Assembly: GCA_045657445.1 (NCBI GenBank) | Contig: JAZOTC010000025.1 | Location: 21,938 to 85,937, forward strand | Direction of reading: 5' to 3' | Length of the DNA: 64,000 nucleotides | DNA from: Akkermansia sp. | GTDB lineage: Bacteria > Verrucomicrobiota > Verrucomicrobiia > Verrucomicrobiales > Akkermansiaceae | Shown: one piece after another, positions 47,130-57,922 of the stretch | Position numbering within the stretch: the first letter of the stretch is position 1 | How the letters are laid out: every line of letters starts with the position of its first letter | Notes under the pieces: model-generated | What the model was told of the DNA's origin: nothing | Databases searched by the model: none | What the model saw: only the letters and a program-made list of their open reading frames with translations | Program-made: the position numbers and the translations under genes

Positions 47130-48452
47130 TTATTTAACGGTTGCGGTGGTTTCTCCTCTGGCCAGTCGGATGCGCAATTCATCCCCCGGGTGCAGGGCGG
47201 CGGCATCGCGCGCCAGTTTGCCATCTGCCGTGCTTACCAGGGCAAAGCCGCGGTCGAGTGCGTTTTGCGGGCTGGCGGCTTCCAGACGGGCGGTCAGGGT
47301 AGCGAGGCGGGCGCGCTGGGCAGCCAGGCGGGTGTGCAGGGTGGTGGTGAGGGTTTTCCGGTGGTGCTGCAGGGTGGCAGCGGCGTGGTCGATGTGGCGC
47401 AGCACGGCGTTGGCGGAAAGGCGGGCTTTGCACACGGCCAGGCGGTTTCGCTCCTGCTGCAGGCGGGTCTGCAGGGCGGTGTGCAGGTCCTCGGCCAGGG
47501 TGTCGAGCTGCTGCTGGTAGGGAGCCAGCAGCTCCAGCGGGGTTCCCAGCCGGCTTTGCTGCACGACCTTGAGCCGCAGGTGGGCCATTTGCAGGCTGCG
47601 GGTGAGCTGGTGGCGCAGTTGCTGCGCGGTGCTGCCCAGCCAGGCGCGCAGCTCGGCGGCATCTGGCGTGGTAAGCTCAATGGCTGCGGTCGGGGTGGGG
47701 GCTCGCAAATCGGCCACAAAGTCGGCTATGGTAAAATCGGTCTCGTGCCCCACGGCGGAAACCACTGGTATGGGGCAGGCGGCTATGGCGCGCGCCAGCA
47801 CTTCTTCGTTGAAGCACCACAGGTCTTCCAGACTGCCACCACCGCGGGCGATGATGATGTAGTCCACCTCGGGGAGTTTGTAGCGGGTGGGGGTGCCCAG
47901 CTGCTCCAGCGCGCGGGCGATGCCCAGCTCGGCGCCTTTGCCTTGCACCTGCACCGGGTAGAGATAGGCCTTTATCCATGGGGCGCGTTGTTCCAGGCGG
48001 TGGCGCATGTCCTGGATGACGGCGCCTGTGGCGCTGGTGACCAGGGCGACGCTTTGCGGGAATCGCGGTATGGGGCGTTTGCGCGCGGTGTCGAAAAGCC
48101 CCTCGGCGGCCAGCCGGGCTTTCAGAGCTTCAAACTGCTGCTGCAGGGTGCCTATGCCGGCTTCCCTGACGGAATCGACGATGAATTGCAGCGAGCCTCG
48201 CCCTTCCCACACGGTGGCTTTGCCGCGCAGTTCTACGAGCATGCCTTCGCGCAGCCGCATCCGCAGACTGCGCGCGCGAAAGGCATACAGGGCGCATTGC
48301 AGCTGGCAGTGCGCATCCTTGAGGGTAAAGTAGATGTGGCCGCTGCTGGCGGGTTTGCAGGAGCCGATTTCGCCCACCACGCATTGCTCGCCCACGTTGA
48401 CCTCCACGGTCTGCTTCAGCCGGCAGACTAGTTCTGTTACCGAAAGAGGCAT
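47130..48452 (-). CDS. xseA: Exodeoxyribonuclease VII large subunit
   Basis: SGHIYFTLKD, EGLFD..RK, VQVQG, ARGGGSLEDLW.FN, SAVGHETD, TPTAA. Confidence 0.95.
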   Translation of the reverse strand: MPLSVTELVCRLKQTVEVNVGEQCVVGEIGSCKPASSGHIYFTLKDAHCQLQCALYAFRARSLRMRLREGMLVELRGKATVWEGRGSLQFIVDSVREAGIGTLQQQFEALKARLAAEGLFDTARKRPIPRFPQSVALVTSATGAVIQDMRHRLEQRAPWIKAYLYPVQVQGKGAELGIARALEQLGTPTRYKLPEVDYIIIARGGGSLEDLWCFNEEVLARAIAACPIPVVSAVGHETDFTIADFVADLRAPTPTAAIELTTPDAAELRAWLGSTAQQLRHQLTRSLQMAHLRLKVVQQSRLGTPLELLAPYQQQLDTLAEDLHTALQTRLQQERNRLAVCKARLSANAVLRHIDHAAATLQHHRKTLTTTLHTRLAAQRARLATLTARLEAASPQNALDRGFALVSTADGKLARDAAALHPGDELRIRLARGETTATVK

Positions 48453-48764
48453 TTACCGCTGGTTGGGGTCCTGCCAGGCGGGGTCAAAGCCCTTGGCGTA
48501 GGTGAAGAGGTCGCGGTGGATATACTCGTAGTAGGTTTCGCGGGCTTCGTCATCCAGTTTGTACCAGATGGCCACGTTGAGGGCGCGTGCGACCTTCTGC
48601 ATCATCTTGAGGGTGAGTTCGCGACCCTGGCGGGCTTTCTGCACCTGCTTGTGGGTGAGCTGCTCGGTGGAGACGCTGACCAGGTCGTGATTATCCAGCC
48701 CCCAGTATTGCATGATGGAGTCAATACGCTGGGTGCCGTGGTTGAGTTCATTGAGTTCGTTCAT
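48453..48764 (-). CDS. Small hypothetical protein, possibly HTH-like
   Basis: 103-aa ORF whose stop abuts the xseA ATG (TAAATG). Confidence 0.7.
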   Translation of the reverse strand: MNELNELNHGTQRIDSIMQYWGLDNHDLVSVSTEQLTHKQVQKARQGRELTLKMMQKVARALNVAIWYKLDDEARETYYEYIHRDLFTYAKGFDPAWQDPNQR

Positions 48765-48812
48765 CTTTAAGGATAATATGGTTGTTATACAGGGTGGGTA
48801 GTTGAAAAACGA

Positions 48813-49343
48813 TCAGAGCCCCGGGATGTGGCGCACGTAGAAGCCGCCGCAGGGGCGGGATTCGGTGTACCAGCGGGGGCCGACTCCGCGGCTGGTGCCG
48901 GTGGTGTCAAAGCGCATGCCCGCAATCATGAGGAACACGTGGCCGCGCTTGGCGTAGACGGTGAGCCATTTGCCGAATCCGGGGTGCCCCCATTTCAGGA
49001 ATTCACCGGAGGAGGGGAATTTCTCCTTCTGGAGCATGCCGCACTCGTGCAGCACGAAGGCTACGGAGCCGGAGCAATCGTAGGCGGAGTCATAGTGTTT
49101 GCCGTGGCCGCCGCCCAGGCGGTAGGGCTTGCCGATGATTTTGTTGCCGGCGGCAATGGCTTTCTTAATACGTGCAGGGGCTTTGTGGGGTACTGTTACC
49201 CTGCCGTTGCGCAGCTTTTTGGGGGTATAGCCCTTGTGGTACACGTATTTGGGCGTGCGGGCATCGCTGTTGAGCTGCTGCTGGCAGCCGTGGAATCCCA
49301 GCGCCAGTAGTAGAACAAGAAAGATGGAAAGGATTCTGTTCAT
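48813..49343 (-). CDS. NlpC/P60-family peptidoglycan endopeptidase lipoprotein
   Basis: Lipobox-like FHGC; KPYRLGGGH..YDCSG catalytic Cys; GHVFL His. Confidence 0.82.
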   Translation of the reverse strand: MNRILSIFLVLLLALGFHGCQQQLNSDARTPKYVYHKGYTPKKLRNGRVTVPHKAPARIKKAIAAGNKIIGKPYRLGGGHGKHYDSAYDCSGSVAFVLHECGMLQKEKFPSSGEFLKWGHPGFGKWLTVYAKRGHVFLMIAGMRFDTTGTSRGVGPRWYTESRPCGGFYVRHIPGL

Positions 49344-49416
49344 GCGAGGCATTATTATATTGTATTTTAGCACAGAACCCGGGTTTGACAAGCTGAAAAC
49401 AGGCAGAAAGGGAGGA

Positions 49417-49465
49417 AAAATGCCGCCGCAGCCCCTGAAAGCAGGGAATCTGCAGCGGCATGTTG
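49417..49465 (-). terminator. Terminator after gdhA
   Basis: atgccgccgcag...ctgcagcggcat with an A-run on the + strand. Confidence 0.6.
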
Positions 49466-49484
49466 GTAAATCAGAGCATTTATT

Positions 49485-50912
<1,428 letters not shown>

Positions 50913-50967
50913 TTATACCAAAAAGTTCCCGTTTGCAAAGTCTTTTTTCAGAAAAATTGCTAAACAG

Positions 50968-51399
50968 CTATGCGTGTTCGCGCAACAGCCCGCATTCCTG
51001 CAGCTCTTTTGCCAGTTCCTGCACGTCATCCAGCGGGAATAAATCCGAGCTGATGGTGATGCGGGTTTCGCCCGCGCAGAGGTCGATGCTGCAACTCTCT
51101 GTGCCGGGGGTGCTGGTTTCGCGCAGGGTGGCTGTGCCCAGCTCGCTCCATGAGATGCGGGTGCTGCCGGTCAGGGCGCGGCGGGTGACTCCGGTGGCAT
51201 TCACGGTGATGCGGAGCACGGCGTAGAAGGCTGTCCATATGGGGGTGATGATGGCGGCGGCCACGGCTGTAATCTGCTGCCAGAGGGCATCTTTGCAGCA
51301 GAGTACGTAGATGGCGGCGGCCAGTACCATGATGGTGGCGGCGATGTAGAGCTGGGCGTTGGCGCAGCGCAGGGTACGGAAGGTGGGCATGGTGGGCAT
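50968..51399 (-). CDS. Small membrane protein with a bacterial PH-like domain
   Basis: Two TMs followed by ITVNATGVT..TRISWSEL; start uncertain. Confidence 0.55.
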   Translation of the reverse strand: MPTMPTFRTLRCANAQLYIAATIMVLAAAIYVLCCKDALWQQITAVAAAIITPIWTAFYAVLRITVNATGVTRRALTGSTRISWSELGTATLRETSTPGTESCSIDLCAGETRITISSDLFPLDDVQELAKELQECGLLREHA

Positions 51400-51446
51400 G
51401 GTGTAAAGTGCAGCCCCGCCGTTCGGGGCAGGGCTGCTGGAAAAAA

Positions 51447-52340
51447 TCAGGCCTGGAAGTGGGCTTCGGGTGAGTTGGCCGGCACAATCTTGATTTCCGT
51501 GGGGGCCATATCGGTGTAGTCGTTGCCGGGTTTCGGGCGGTACTTCACATCGATGGGCTTCACGAAGCCACCGCGGTAGTAATCTTCCACCGCGCGGGTA
51601 ATGTATACGGGCAGCTGCATGACTGAGTGCTGGAAGAATTTCTTGGCCACGTGGTGCTGGGTGCGGATGCAACCGTGGGAAAGGCGCTTGCCAGCCACGA
51701 CCTTGCCGGTGTGCAGGCCTACGCCATCCGGGGTGAAGCGGTGCCAGTAGGGCATGCCTGCGCCCTCGAAGGTGTGGCCTTCGGGCAGGCCGTGGGCCAG
51801 GTCGGCGTTGCTGTTGGTCACTTTGCCGTTGGCGTCGATGAACTTACCGTAGCGGCTGGATTTGTGGTCCTCGTTTTTCTCGATGATGCGGAAGACGCCC
51901 GTGGGGGTTTCGTGGCCATTGGTGCCGGTGGAGACGGGCCAGTCCATGGCCACACGGCCGTTTACATAGAGGCGGGCGCGCTGCTGCGGAATGCAGATAA
52001 CCAGCTTGGAGTTGGCGCGGGTAACCTGGCGGAGCAGGGAGTCATCTGCCCAGTGCTCCAGGGTAAGCGGGTATTCCTTGCTGGCGGCAAAGTGCTCGTG
52101 CGAACCGGCCGGGTAGCTGTTCACGTAGGTGGGGAGTTCCTTGCCGGGCAGGTTGAGCGGGTTGGGGAGTTGCACGGCCTCGACGGACTGCTGGAACCCG
52201 GGCTGTGTGCCAGGCTGTAATCCGGGTTGCAGCCCGGGCTGGAACGGTACGTTGCCGGGGGTGTAAAACTGTTCGTTCTGCGAGCAGGAGGCCAGCAGCA
52301 GGGGGAGGAAAGAGAGGGTGATAAGACGCTTCATAATCAT
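51447..52340 (-). CDS. L,D-transpeptidase lipoprotein (YkuD family)
   Basis: Lipobox LASC; PVSTG..ETPTG.F; MPY; GLHTG...SHGCIR catalytic motif. Confidence 0.9.
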   Translation of the reverse strand: MIMKRLITLSFLPLLLASCSQNEQFYTPGNVPFQPGLQPGLQPGTQPGFQQSVEAVQLPNPLNLPGKELPTYVNSYPAGSHEHFAASKEYPLTLEHWADDSLLRQVTRANSKLVICIPQQRARLYVNGRVAMDWPVSTGTNGHETPTGVFRIIEKNEDHKSSRYGKFIDANGKVTNSNADLAHGLPEGHTFEGAGMPYWHRFTPDGVGLHTGKVVAGKRLSHGCIRTQHHVAKKFFQHSVMQLPVYITRAVEDYYRGGFVKPIDVKYRPKPGNDYTDMAPTEIKIVPANSPEAHFQA

Positions 52341-52993
52341 TTGGCCGCGGGAATGCGTAGGGTTGTGCCTACCCGGATGGTGTTTGCAGTAGCCGGGGTG
52401 AGGCCGTTAATTTGCATGAGGGCGGCAGGCGCCACGCCGTAGCGGCGGGCGATGCCGTATAACGTGTCGCCGGCTTGCACCGTGTGCAGGCCTGGGGTGG
52501 TAATGGTGGCTGTGGTGACGGGGGCGGGAGATTTCCCGGCCTTCGGGATGACCAGTGTCTGGCCGATGCGCAGCGGCGCGTTGGCATCGGGCATGCCGTT
52601 GGCGGCTACAAGTGCGCGCACTGTTGTGCCGTAGCGGCGTGCCAGTGCGCTGAGGGTATCGCCCTTCTGCACGATGTAGGTGTTGGGCGTTCCGCTGGGC
52701 GGGGCCACGCTGGGCTGCTTCTGGGAGGCTACCTTGGGTGCCGGTGCGGGTTTGGGTGCCGGGGATGCTTCCTCTCTGGGGATGGAGGCATCGGGGACTC
52801 GCACCGGGGCCGGTGTGGCGTGGTAGTGCTGGCCGGAGCCGGCGTCAATGATGACGTCGTCCTCCATGACCGGAGCTGCCGCATCCTTCCACCAGGTGAA
52901 ATCCAGACTCCCGTCCTTCACAACGCAGGAGCTGAGCAGCAGCGCGGCTGCCGCACATGCGGGAAGCTGGATTCCGTGGTGGGGGGGCATCAT
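52337..52993 (-). CDS. LysM-domain lipoprotein (two LysM domains)
   Basis: LSSC lipobox; YIVQKGDTLSALARRY and HTVQAGDTLYGIARRY. Confidence 0.88.
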   Translation of the reverse strand: MMPPHHGIQLPACAAAALLLSSCVVKDGSLDFTWWKDAAAPVMEDDVIIDAGSGQHYHATPAPVRVPDASIPREEASPAPKPAPAPKVASQKQPSVAPPSGTPNTYIVQKGDTLSALARRYGTTVRALVAANGMPDANAPLRIGQTLVIPKAGKSPAPVTTATITTPGLHTVQAGDTLYGIARRYGVAPAALMQINGLTPATANTIRVGTTLRIPAAK

Positions 52994-53014
52994 GGCAGGC
53001 CGGGGTGGCGGTTA

Positions 53015-53890
53015 TCAGCGGCGGTTCTTCTTGGAGACCGTGGAGGTCTTGCCGGGGATGATAATCTTGGTGCCGGCCTGAACCTTGTTGGCCTGGGCCA
53101 TGGTCATGTTGTTAGCCTTGAGCAGGGCAGCGAGGGTCACGCCGTTCTTTGCTGCTACCTTGGAGAGCATATCGCCCTTCTTGACCACGTAGGTCGTGCT
53201 CACCGGAGTGGGCTTCTCCTTGCTGGCCTTGTAGCCCTTGGGCGTGAAGCGCACCTTGATGATCTGCCCGGGGTGAATGATATCGCCCTTGATGCCAGAG
53301 TCCTTGCGAATCTGCGCAATGGTGGTATTGCTGCGTTTGGCGATTTCGTACAGGTTGTCGCCGGGGCGGACCTTGTACACCACAAGTGCGGGTTCGCTGA
53401 CCTTCTTGATCTTCTTCTGCTGCTTCTTGGAGCTGCTGCTGGTAGTGGTCTTCTTCTTGGGAGTGGAAGTATTAGCAGCAATGGGTGTGGTGGGCGCCGG
53501 GGCGGGGGTATTGGCCGTTGTGGGGGTGGACGGCATGGCGTAGGGGTCAAAGTCATCCGCTACGTGGGAATCGACCACCGTGTCATCCGCGGCGATGGCG
53601 GGCTGGTTCTGGCTGGTGATGCCGTTGGATACAGCCATGGATTCGCCCGGCTCGGGGGTGGCAAAGTGGTTGCGGTTCATTTCGGGAGTGCGCTCGCCGG
53701 CGGGCACCTGGTAGGTGCTGTCGCTCTCGTATACCCAGGGCGGAAGCTCTTCATCGCCAATGGCTACTTCGCTCATGGGCATGGCTTCTTCGTAGCCGAG
53801 GGTGTCGCTGTTGTTGCGGAAATAGCGGCAGGAAGAAAGGGTCGCAAGCACGCCGACCCCCAGACAAAGTACAGTAAGGCTTCTCTTCAT
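53015..53890 (-). CDS. LysM-domain lipoprotein (two LysM domains)
   Basis: LSSC lipobox; YKVRPGDNLYEIAKR and YVVKKGDMLSKVA; Pro/Thr/Lys linker. Confidence 0.88.
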   Translation of the reverse strand: MKRSLTVLCLGVGVLATLSSCRYFRNNSDTLGYEEAMPMSEVAIGDEELPPWVYESDSTYQVPAGERTPEMNRNHFATPEPGESMAVSNGITSQNQPAIAADDTVVDSHVADDFDPYAMPSTPTTANTPAPAPTTPIAANTSTPKKKTTTSSSSKKQQKKIKKVSEPALVVYKVRPGDNLYEIAKRSNTTIAQIRKDSGIKGDIIHPGQIIKVRFTPKGYKASKEKPTPVSTTYVVKKGDMLSKVAAKNGVTLAALLKANNMTMAQANKVQAGTKIIIPGKTSTVSKKNRR

Positions 53891-54076
53891 ACGCCGCTAC
53901 CCTAGCAGAATTGCATGTAAAAAGCAAGCATTTTTCGTGCTTGCGCGCGCATGCGAGAAAAAGCGTCATGTGCGCAAGAAAATTATTTACCTTTGCCTGC
54001 CTTTATGGTAGCGTTTGTACGCTAGCTCCCACTCTGCTGCGGAGTTTAAAAACTTAACACACCCATATATCATCAT

Positions 54077-54616
54077 ATGAACCTGGAAGGAACAAAGACC
54101 GCTAAGAATCTGGCTATCGCCTTTGCTGGCGAGGCTCAGGCCTACACCAAGTACCAGTACTACGCCTCCAAGGCCAAGAAGGATGGCTATGTGCAGATTT
54201 CTGAACTGTTTGAGGAGACTGCCCGCAATGAGAAGGAGCACGCCAAGCTCTGGTTCAAGGCTCTGCACGACGGTGGTATTCCCAGCACGATTGAGAACCT
54301 GAAGGATGCCGCTGCCGGCGAAAATTACGAGTGGACGGACATGTATGCCACCTTCGCCAAGGAAGCCCGCGAGGAAGGGTTTGAGGAGCTGGCTGTGCTG
54401 TTCGATGGCGTGGCTGCTGTAGAAAAGCACCACGAGGAGCGCTACCGCAAGCTGCTGGCCAACATTGAGGGCGGCCTTGTGTTCTCCCGCGATGGCGATG
54501 AAATCTGGCAGTGCGGCAACTGCGGCCATATCCAGATTGGCAAGAAGGCCCCGGCTATCTGCCCGGTGTGCGCTCATCCCCAGTCCTACTTCCGCATTGA
54601 GGCGGTGAATTATTAA
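54077..54616 (+). CDS. rbr: Rubrerythrin
   Basis: [24 protein letters not shown] di-iron motifs; CGNCGH..CPVCAHP rubredoxin domain. Confidence 0.95.
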   Translation: MNLEGTKTAKNLAIAFAGEAQAYTKYQYYASKAKKDGYVQISELFEETARNEKEHAKLWFKALHDGGIPSTIENLKDAAAGENYEWTDMYATFAKEAREEGFEELAVLFDGVAAVEKHHEERYRKLLANIEGGLVFSRDGDEIWQCGNCGHIQIGKKAPAICPVCAHPQSYFRIEAVNY

Positions 54617-54628
54617 TGATTTGCATAT

Positions 54629-54666
54629 CGCCCGCCGCCGGCTTTTCTGGCGGCGGGTGTTTTTTT
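54629..54666 (+). terminator. Terminator after rbr
   Basis: cccgccgcc...ggcggcggg then tgttttttt. Confidence 0.75.
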
Positions 54667-54670
54667 GCTT

Positions 54671-54850
54671 ATGTGGCAGGCAAATAAGCTGAGTATTATT
54701 ATACTGTTGATTGGTTTTGCAGCACTGGGTGGGGCATATTGGTATCTGGCCCCGCAGGATGAGCTGCTGGCAAAGCGCGTGCTCTACACGGGCATCTGTG
54801 CGCTGCTCTTTGTGGTAGCTGTGGCAAACTGGCTCAGCCTGAAAAAGTGA
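54671..54850 (+). CDS. Small two-TM membrane protein
   Basis: Two hydrophobic helices and a KK terminus; fills the intergenic gap. Confidence 0.5.
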   Translation: MWQANKLSIIILLIGFAALGGAYWYLAPQDELLAKRVLYTGICALLFVVAVANWLSLKK

Positions 54851-54859
54851 ACCGCGTGT

Positions 54860-55639
54860 TCAGCGGTAGGTCTTGCAGCGGTTCAGCCAGCCTGCAAGCC
54901 AGCGTTTTTCGCCTCGGCTGGCGGGCGAGTTCGCCACGCGGCGGGTAAGCACTGCGGAGGCCGCGCGGGAGAATTCGGCCGTGGCGGCGCGTCCTGTCGG
55001 ATAGCCCTCCATTTCCTCCAGCACCTGGAGCAACCCCCATCCCTCGCCCCGGTAACGCTCGGTGGGTTTGATTCCCTCGCCTTTGAAATTCACATAGTCC
55101 ACCAGGCAGTACATTCCCTGGGTGGTGCCTGCCAGGGCTGCATAGCGCTGGCGCACAGCCTCCGGCTGCCGGCTGTGCTGCATCATGCGCCGGAGCGCCA
55201 GGTGCGAGCGGGCCATGATGAAGCGGGTCTGGATGTCGATATTGGCGGCCAGCCAGCGGCGCATGGTATCGGCGCGGCCGCTGCGGTCGGCCTCAAAAGC
55301 AGCCTTGGTCGGCCAGGGGGCCGGACCATCGAAGCAGCTGGGTACGCTCACGCCCCTGGAGCGGGCAAAGCGCACAAAGCTGGGAAAACTCTCATCGAAG
55401 GCTTCCTGCACCCCGGCAGGATACCAGATAAAATGCCCGATGCCCAGCGAGGGAAAAGCCTCGCCCGCATTCCAGGAAACGAGACCCTGCACGCTGCCGG
55501 CACATTCATTTTTCCAGATGCGCTGGCCGAGCTCGCGGGTATTCACCTGGTGGGCGGCAGTGGGGGCATTCCGGGGTGTGGTCTGGGAGGCGCAGGAAAC
55601 CAGAGTCAGCGCCAGCAGGGGAAGTAGCAGAAATCTCAT
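54860..55639 (-). CDS. Hypothetical lipoprotein, possible lysozyme-like fold
   Basis: Lipobox LVSC; IWKNE...SLGIGHFIW; DYVNFKGEG; GWLNR. Confidence 0.75.
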   Translation of the reverse strand: MRFLLLPLLALTLVSCASQTTPRNAPTAAHQVNTRELGQRIWKNECAGSVQGLVSWNAGEAFPSLGIGHFIWYPAGVQEAFDESFPSFVRFARSRGVSVPSCFDGPAPWPTKAAFEADRSGRADTMRRWLAANIDIQTRFIMARSHLALRRMMQHSRQPEAVRQRYAALAGTTQGMYCLVDYVNFKGEGIKPTERYRGEGWGLLQVLEEMEGYPTGRAATAEFSRAASAVLTRRVANSPASRGEKRWLAGWLNRCKTYR

Positions 55640-55728
55640 GTATGCCATTTTACCACGTATCCGGGGGGAGTAAAGCTCGCTTTCTGGCTGTAGGTGAACT
55701 TTTGTGTGTAAAAAATCTGCCTTTATGC

Positions 55729-55757
55729 TTGACACGCTGGCTGCCCTGTGGTACATT
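55729..55757 (+). promoter_or_regulatory. Sigma70 promoter of rpsP
   Basis: TTGACA-17 bp-TACATT with extended TG. Confidence 0.7.
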
Positions 55758-55837
55758 TCCGCACCGCCATGCGCTCAGAGTGCTATGTATCACGGCACTG
55801 CGCGGGCAGAAACAACCGAAATTATACATTTTTAGAT

Positions 55838-56083
55838 ATGGTAGCAATCCGTCTTAACCGTCAGGGGTCCAAGGACCGTCCTTTCTACAAGATCGTTGTC
55901 GTTGACAGCCGTGCTCGCCGCGATGGCGATTTCATCGAGCAGGTGGGTACTTACAACCCCATGGCTGAAGGTGAGAACTACACGCTGAACCTGGAGAGCG
56001 TGGACAAGTGGATCGCCAACGGTGCCCAGCCCTCCGAGACTGTGGCCTCCATCATCAAGAAGGTTCGCGCCGCCAAGGCCTAA
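55838..56083 (+). CDS. rpsP: 30S ribosomal protein S16
   Basis: [45 protein letters not shown]. Confidence 0.97.
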   Translation: MVAIRLNRQGSKDRPFYKIVVVDSRARRDGDFIEQVGTYNPMAEGENYTLNLESVDKWIANGAQPSETVASIIKKVRAAKA

Positions 56084-56189
56084 GCTTCTTACCAGAAACC
56101 TTTCACACAGGTTGTTTCAGAACGCGCCCCGGTGCTGCAAGGCATCGGGGCCGTTCTGCGTATCGGGGGGGGGGAGGTCAGGCGGATTT

Positions 56190-56867
56190 TTACATCCAGC
56201 GGAACCATTGGTAAATGAAGCGGAGCAGGCCGCCTATGCTGTAGCGGGTGGCTGTTGCGGAGTGCCACAGGATTTTGTACACAGGCATGGCCAGCAGCAT
56301 GAGCATGGCCAGCACGGTGCTGCGCGTGCGCGAGGGGCTGGTGATTTCGTGATACTCCCTTCCGAAAAGCACAATGAGCTCAAAGGTGGCAAGGGTACAG
56401 GTGAGGAACAGGGCGCAGAGGGTGGCAACGGGGGCAGCGCTCGTGAGCCAGCAGGTAAGCGCTGCGCCAGCCCCTCCCGCCAGGGTGAAGAGGCAGCAGA
56501 GCTGCCATTGGTAGAGGCGCTCCGGCCAGCAGTGAAGCACCAGCGCCGCCGCGGTGAAATAGCACAGTGGACCTGCCGTCACCTGCCAGACAAGTGCTGC
56601 GCCCACCAGGGAGAAGCCGCCCAGGCAGAGCCCGGCGCTTATTGCCGCCGCTGCAAGCAGGAGGAGAATGGCGCCGCTGGTCAGCGCGTGTTCCAGCAGG
56701 TAGGCCGTGGTGACCAGGAGCAGGAATACAAGCGGCATGATGAGGTAGTGTTGCAGTATCCACTCCTGCAATTCCGGCATCTGGGCTGCGATGCAGCCGC
56801 TGGCGGCGGTCAGCAGCACGATGGCAGCACAGCCGAGATGAGCCAATGGGGTATGGGGAGAATTCAT
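56190..56867 (-). CDS. Polytopic membrane protein (weak BI-1/YccA-like pattern)
   Basis: About seven hydrophobic segments; ATGA overlap with the upstream menE-like gene. Confidence 0.55.
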   Translation of the reverse strand: MNSPHTPLAHLGCAAIVLLTAASGCIAAQMPELQEWILQHYLIMPLVFLLLVTTAYLLEHALTSGAILLLLAAAAISAGLCLGGFSLVGAALVWQVTAGPLCYFTAAALVLHCWPERLYQWQLCCLFTLAGGAGAALTCWLTSAAPVATLCALFLTCTLATFELIVLFGREYHEITSPSRTRSTVLAMLMLLAMPVYKILWHSATATRYSIGGLLRFIYQWFRWM

Positions 56868-57919
56868 GGTCTGGGGAGAAGTTCTGCGGCTCTGGCGCGG
56901 GCAATTTTTCCAGTCCCGGTGCGGGGCAGCAGGCAGCGGTGCAGCAATTGCGGCTGGTGGTAGCGCGGCAGCGTGGCGCAGGCATCGCGCAGGCGGGATT
57001 CATCGCCGGCATCGCCCTCCCAGAGCAGGGCGACACTCTGCCCCAGCACTGGGTGGGGGCAGGGGAGCGCCACGACCTGTAGTCCGGTCCGGGCGTGCAG
57101 ATGGCGCTCAATATCCTCCGCCTGGATTTTGACGCCGCCGGAATTGATGACTGCATCCACGCGCCCCAGAATGCGGAAGCGGCCATCGGGGGCGATTTCT
57201 GCCAGGTCATTGGTGGTTAATTGGCTGATACCCAGGTAGGGCACGCTGATTTGCAGGGTGCCGCCCGGGGTGAGCGACAGGCTGACGCCCGGCAGCGGGG
57301 TGTAGAGCGGGCTGCGCCGGGGGCCATTGGCTGCGCGCAGGGCGATGTGGGAGAGGGTTTCGGTCATGCCATAGGAGGTGAACACCTGGCAGGGAAGTGC
57401 CTGGAGCTGTGCCTCCAGCGCCGGGTCTACAAAGCCGCCGCCCAGTAGCAGGATGCGCACGCGGGAGAGTTGCTCCGCGCCGCCCGGCTTCGAAAGGGTA
57501 CTGGCTACCTGCATGGGTACCAGCGGGGCAAAATCGATGTCGGCATCCAGATTGGCCAGCGGGGTGGAGCTGGGTTCAGCGGTAACAAGATTCAGCCCGC
57601 CGACCAGGGCGCGTACCACCATCATCTGCCCCGCAATGTAGCGCAGCGGCAGGCAGAGCAGCGCGCTCTGGCCCCGCTGCAGGTCAAAAGCCCGGCAGGT
57701 GGCAGCTGCGCTGGCGCGCATGGCTGCCTTGGTGGCATGCAGGCATTTGGGGGTACCGGTGGAACCGCTGGTGTGCAGTGGCATGGTGGGCTCGGGGCTC
57801 CACCATTTCTCAAGAAACGCCGCCAGTTCTGCGCGTATGCCTGTTTTTCCCTGTCGCCAGGCTGGCAGGGTGGCGGGGGTGATGGTGCAGCCATCGATGC
57901 TGATGGCGTGGGGAGGCAT
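56864..57919 (-). CDS. menE: Short-form O-succinylbenzoate-CoA ligase-like AMP-binding enzyme
   Basis: TSGSTGTPK, YIAGQMM, LLGGG, YGMTETLSH, TND, GRVD.VINSGG.K, LPRT.TGK. Confidence 0.8.
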   Translation of the reverse strand: MPPHAISIDGCTITPATLPAWRQGKTGIRAELAAFLEKWWSPEPTMPLHTSGSTGTPKCLHATKAAMRASAAATCRAFDLQRGQSALLCLPLRYIAGQMMVVRALVGGLNLVTAEPSSTPLANLDADIDFAPLVPMQVASTLSKPGGAEQLSRVRILLLGGGFVDPALEAQLQALPCQVFTSYGMTETLSHIALRAANGPRRSPLYTPLPGVSLSLTPGGTLQISVPYLGISQLTTNDLAEIAPDGRFRILGRVDAVINSGGVKIQAEDIERHLHARTGLQVVALPCPHPVLGQSVALLWEGDAGDESRLRDACATLPRYHQPQLLHRCLLPRTGTGKIARARAAELLPRP

Positions 57920-57922
57920 GGC

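Noticed and set aside
52981-52987. G7 tract just after the LysM gene start as a phase-variation switch (also G-runs near 34062 and 56165)
   Set aside because: The tracts are short or intergenic, the frame is intact, and there is no evidence of slippage without reads
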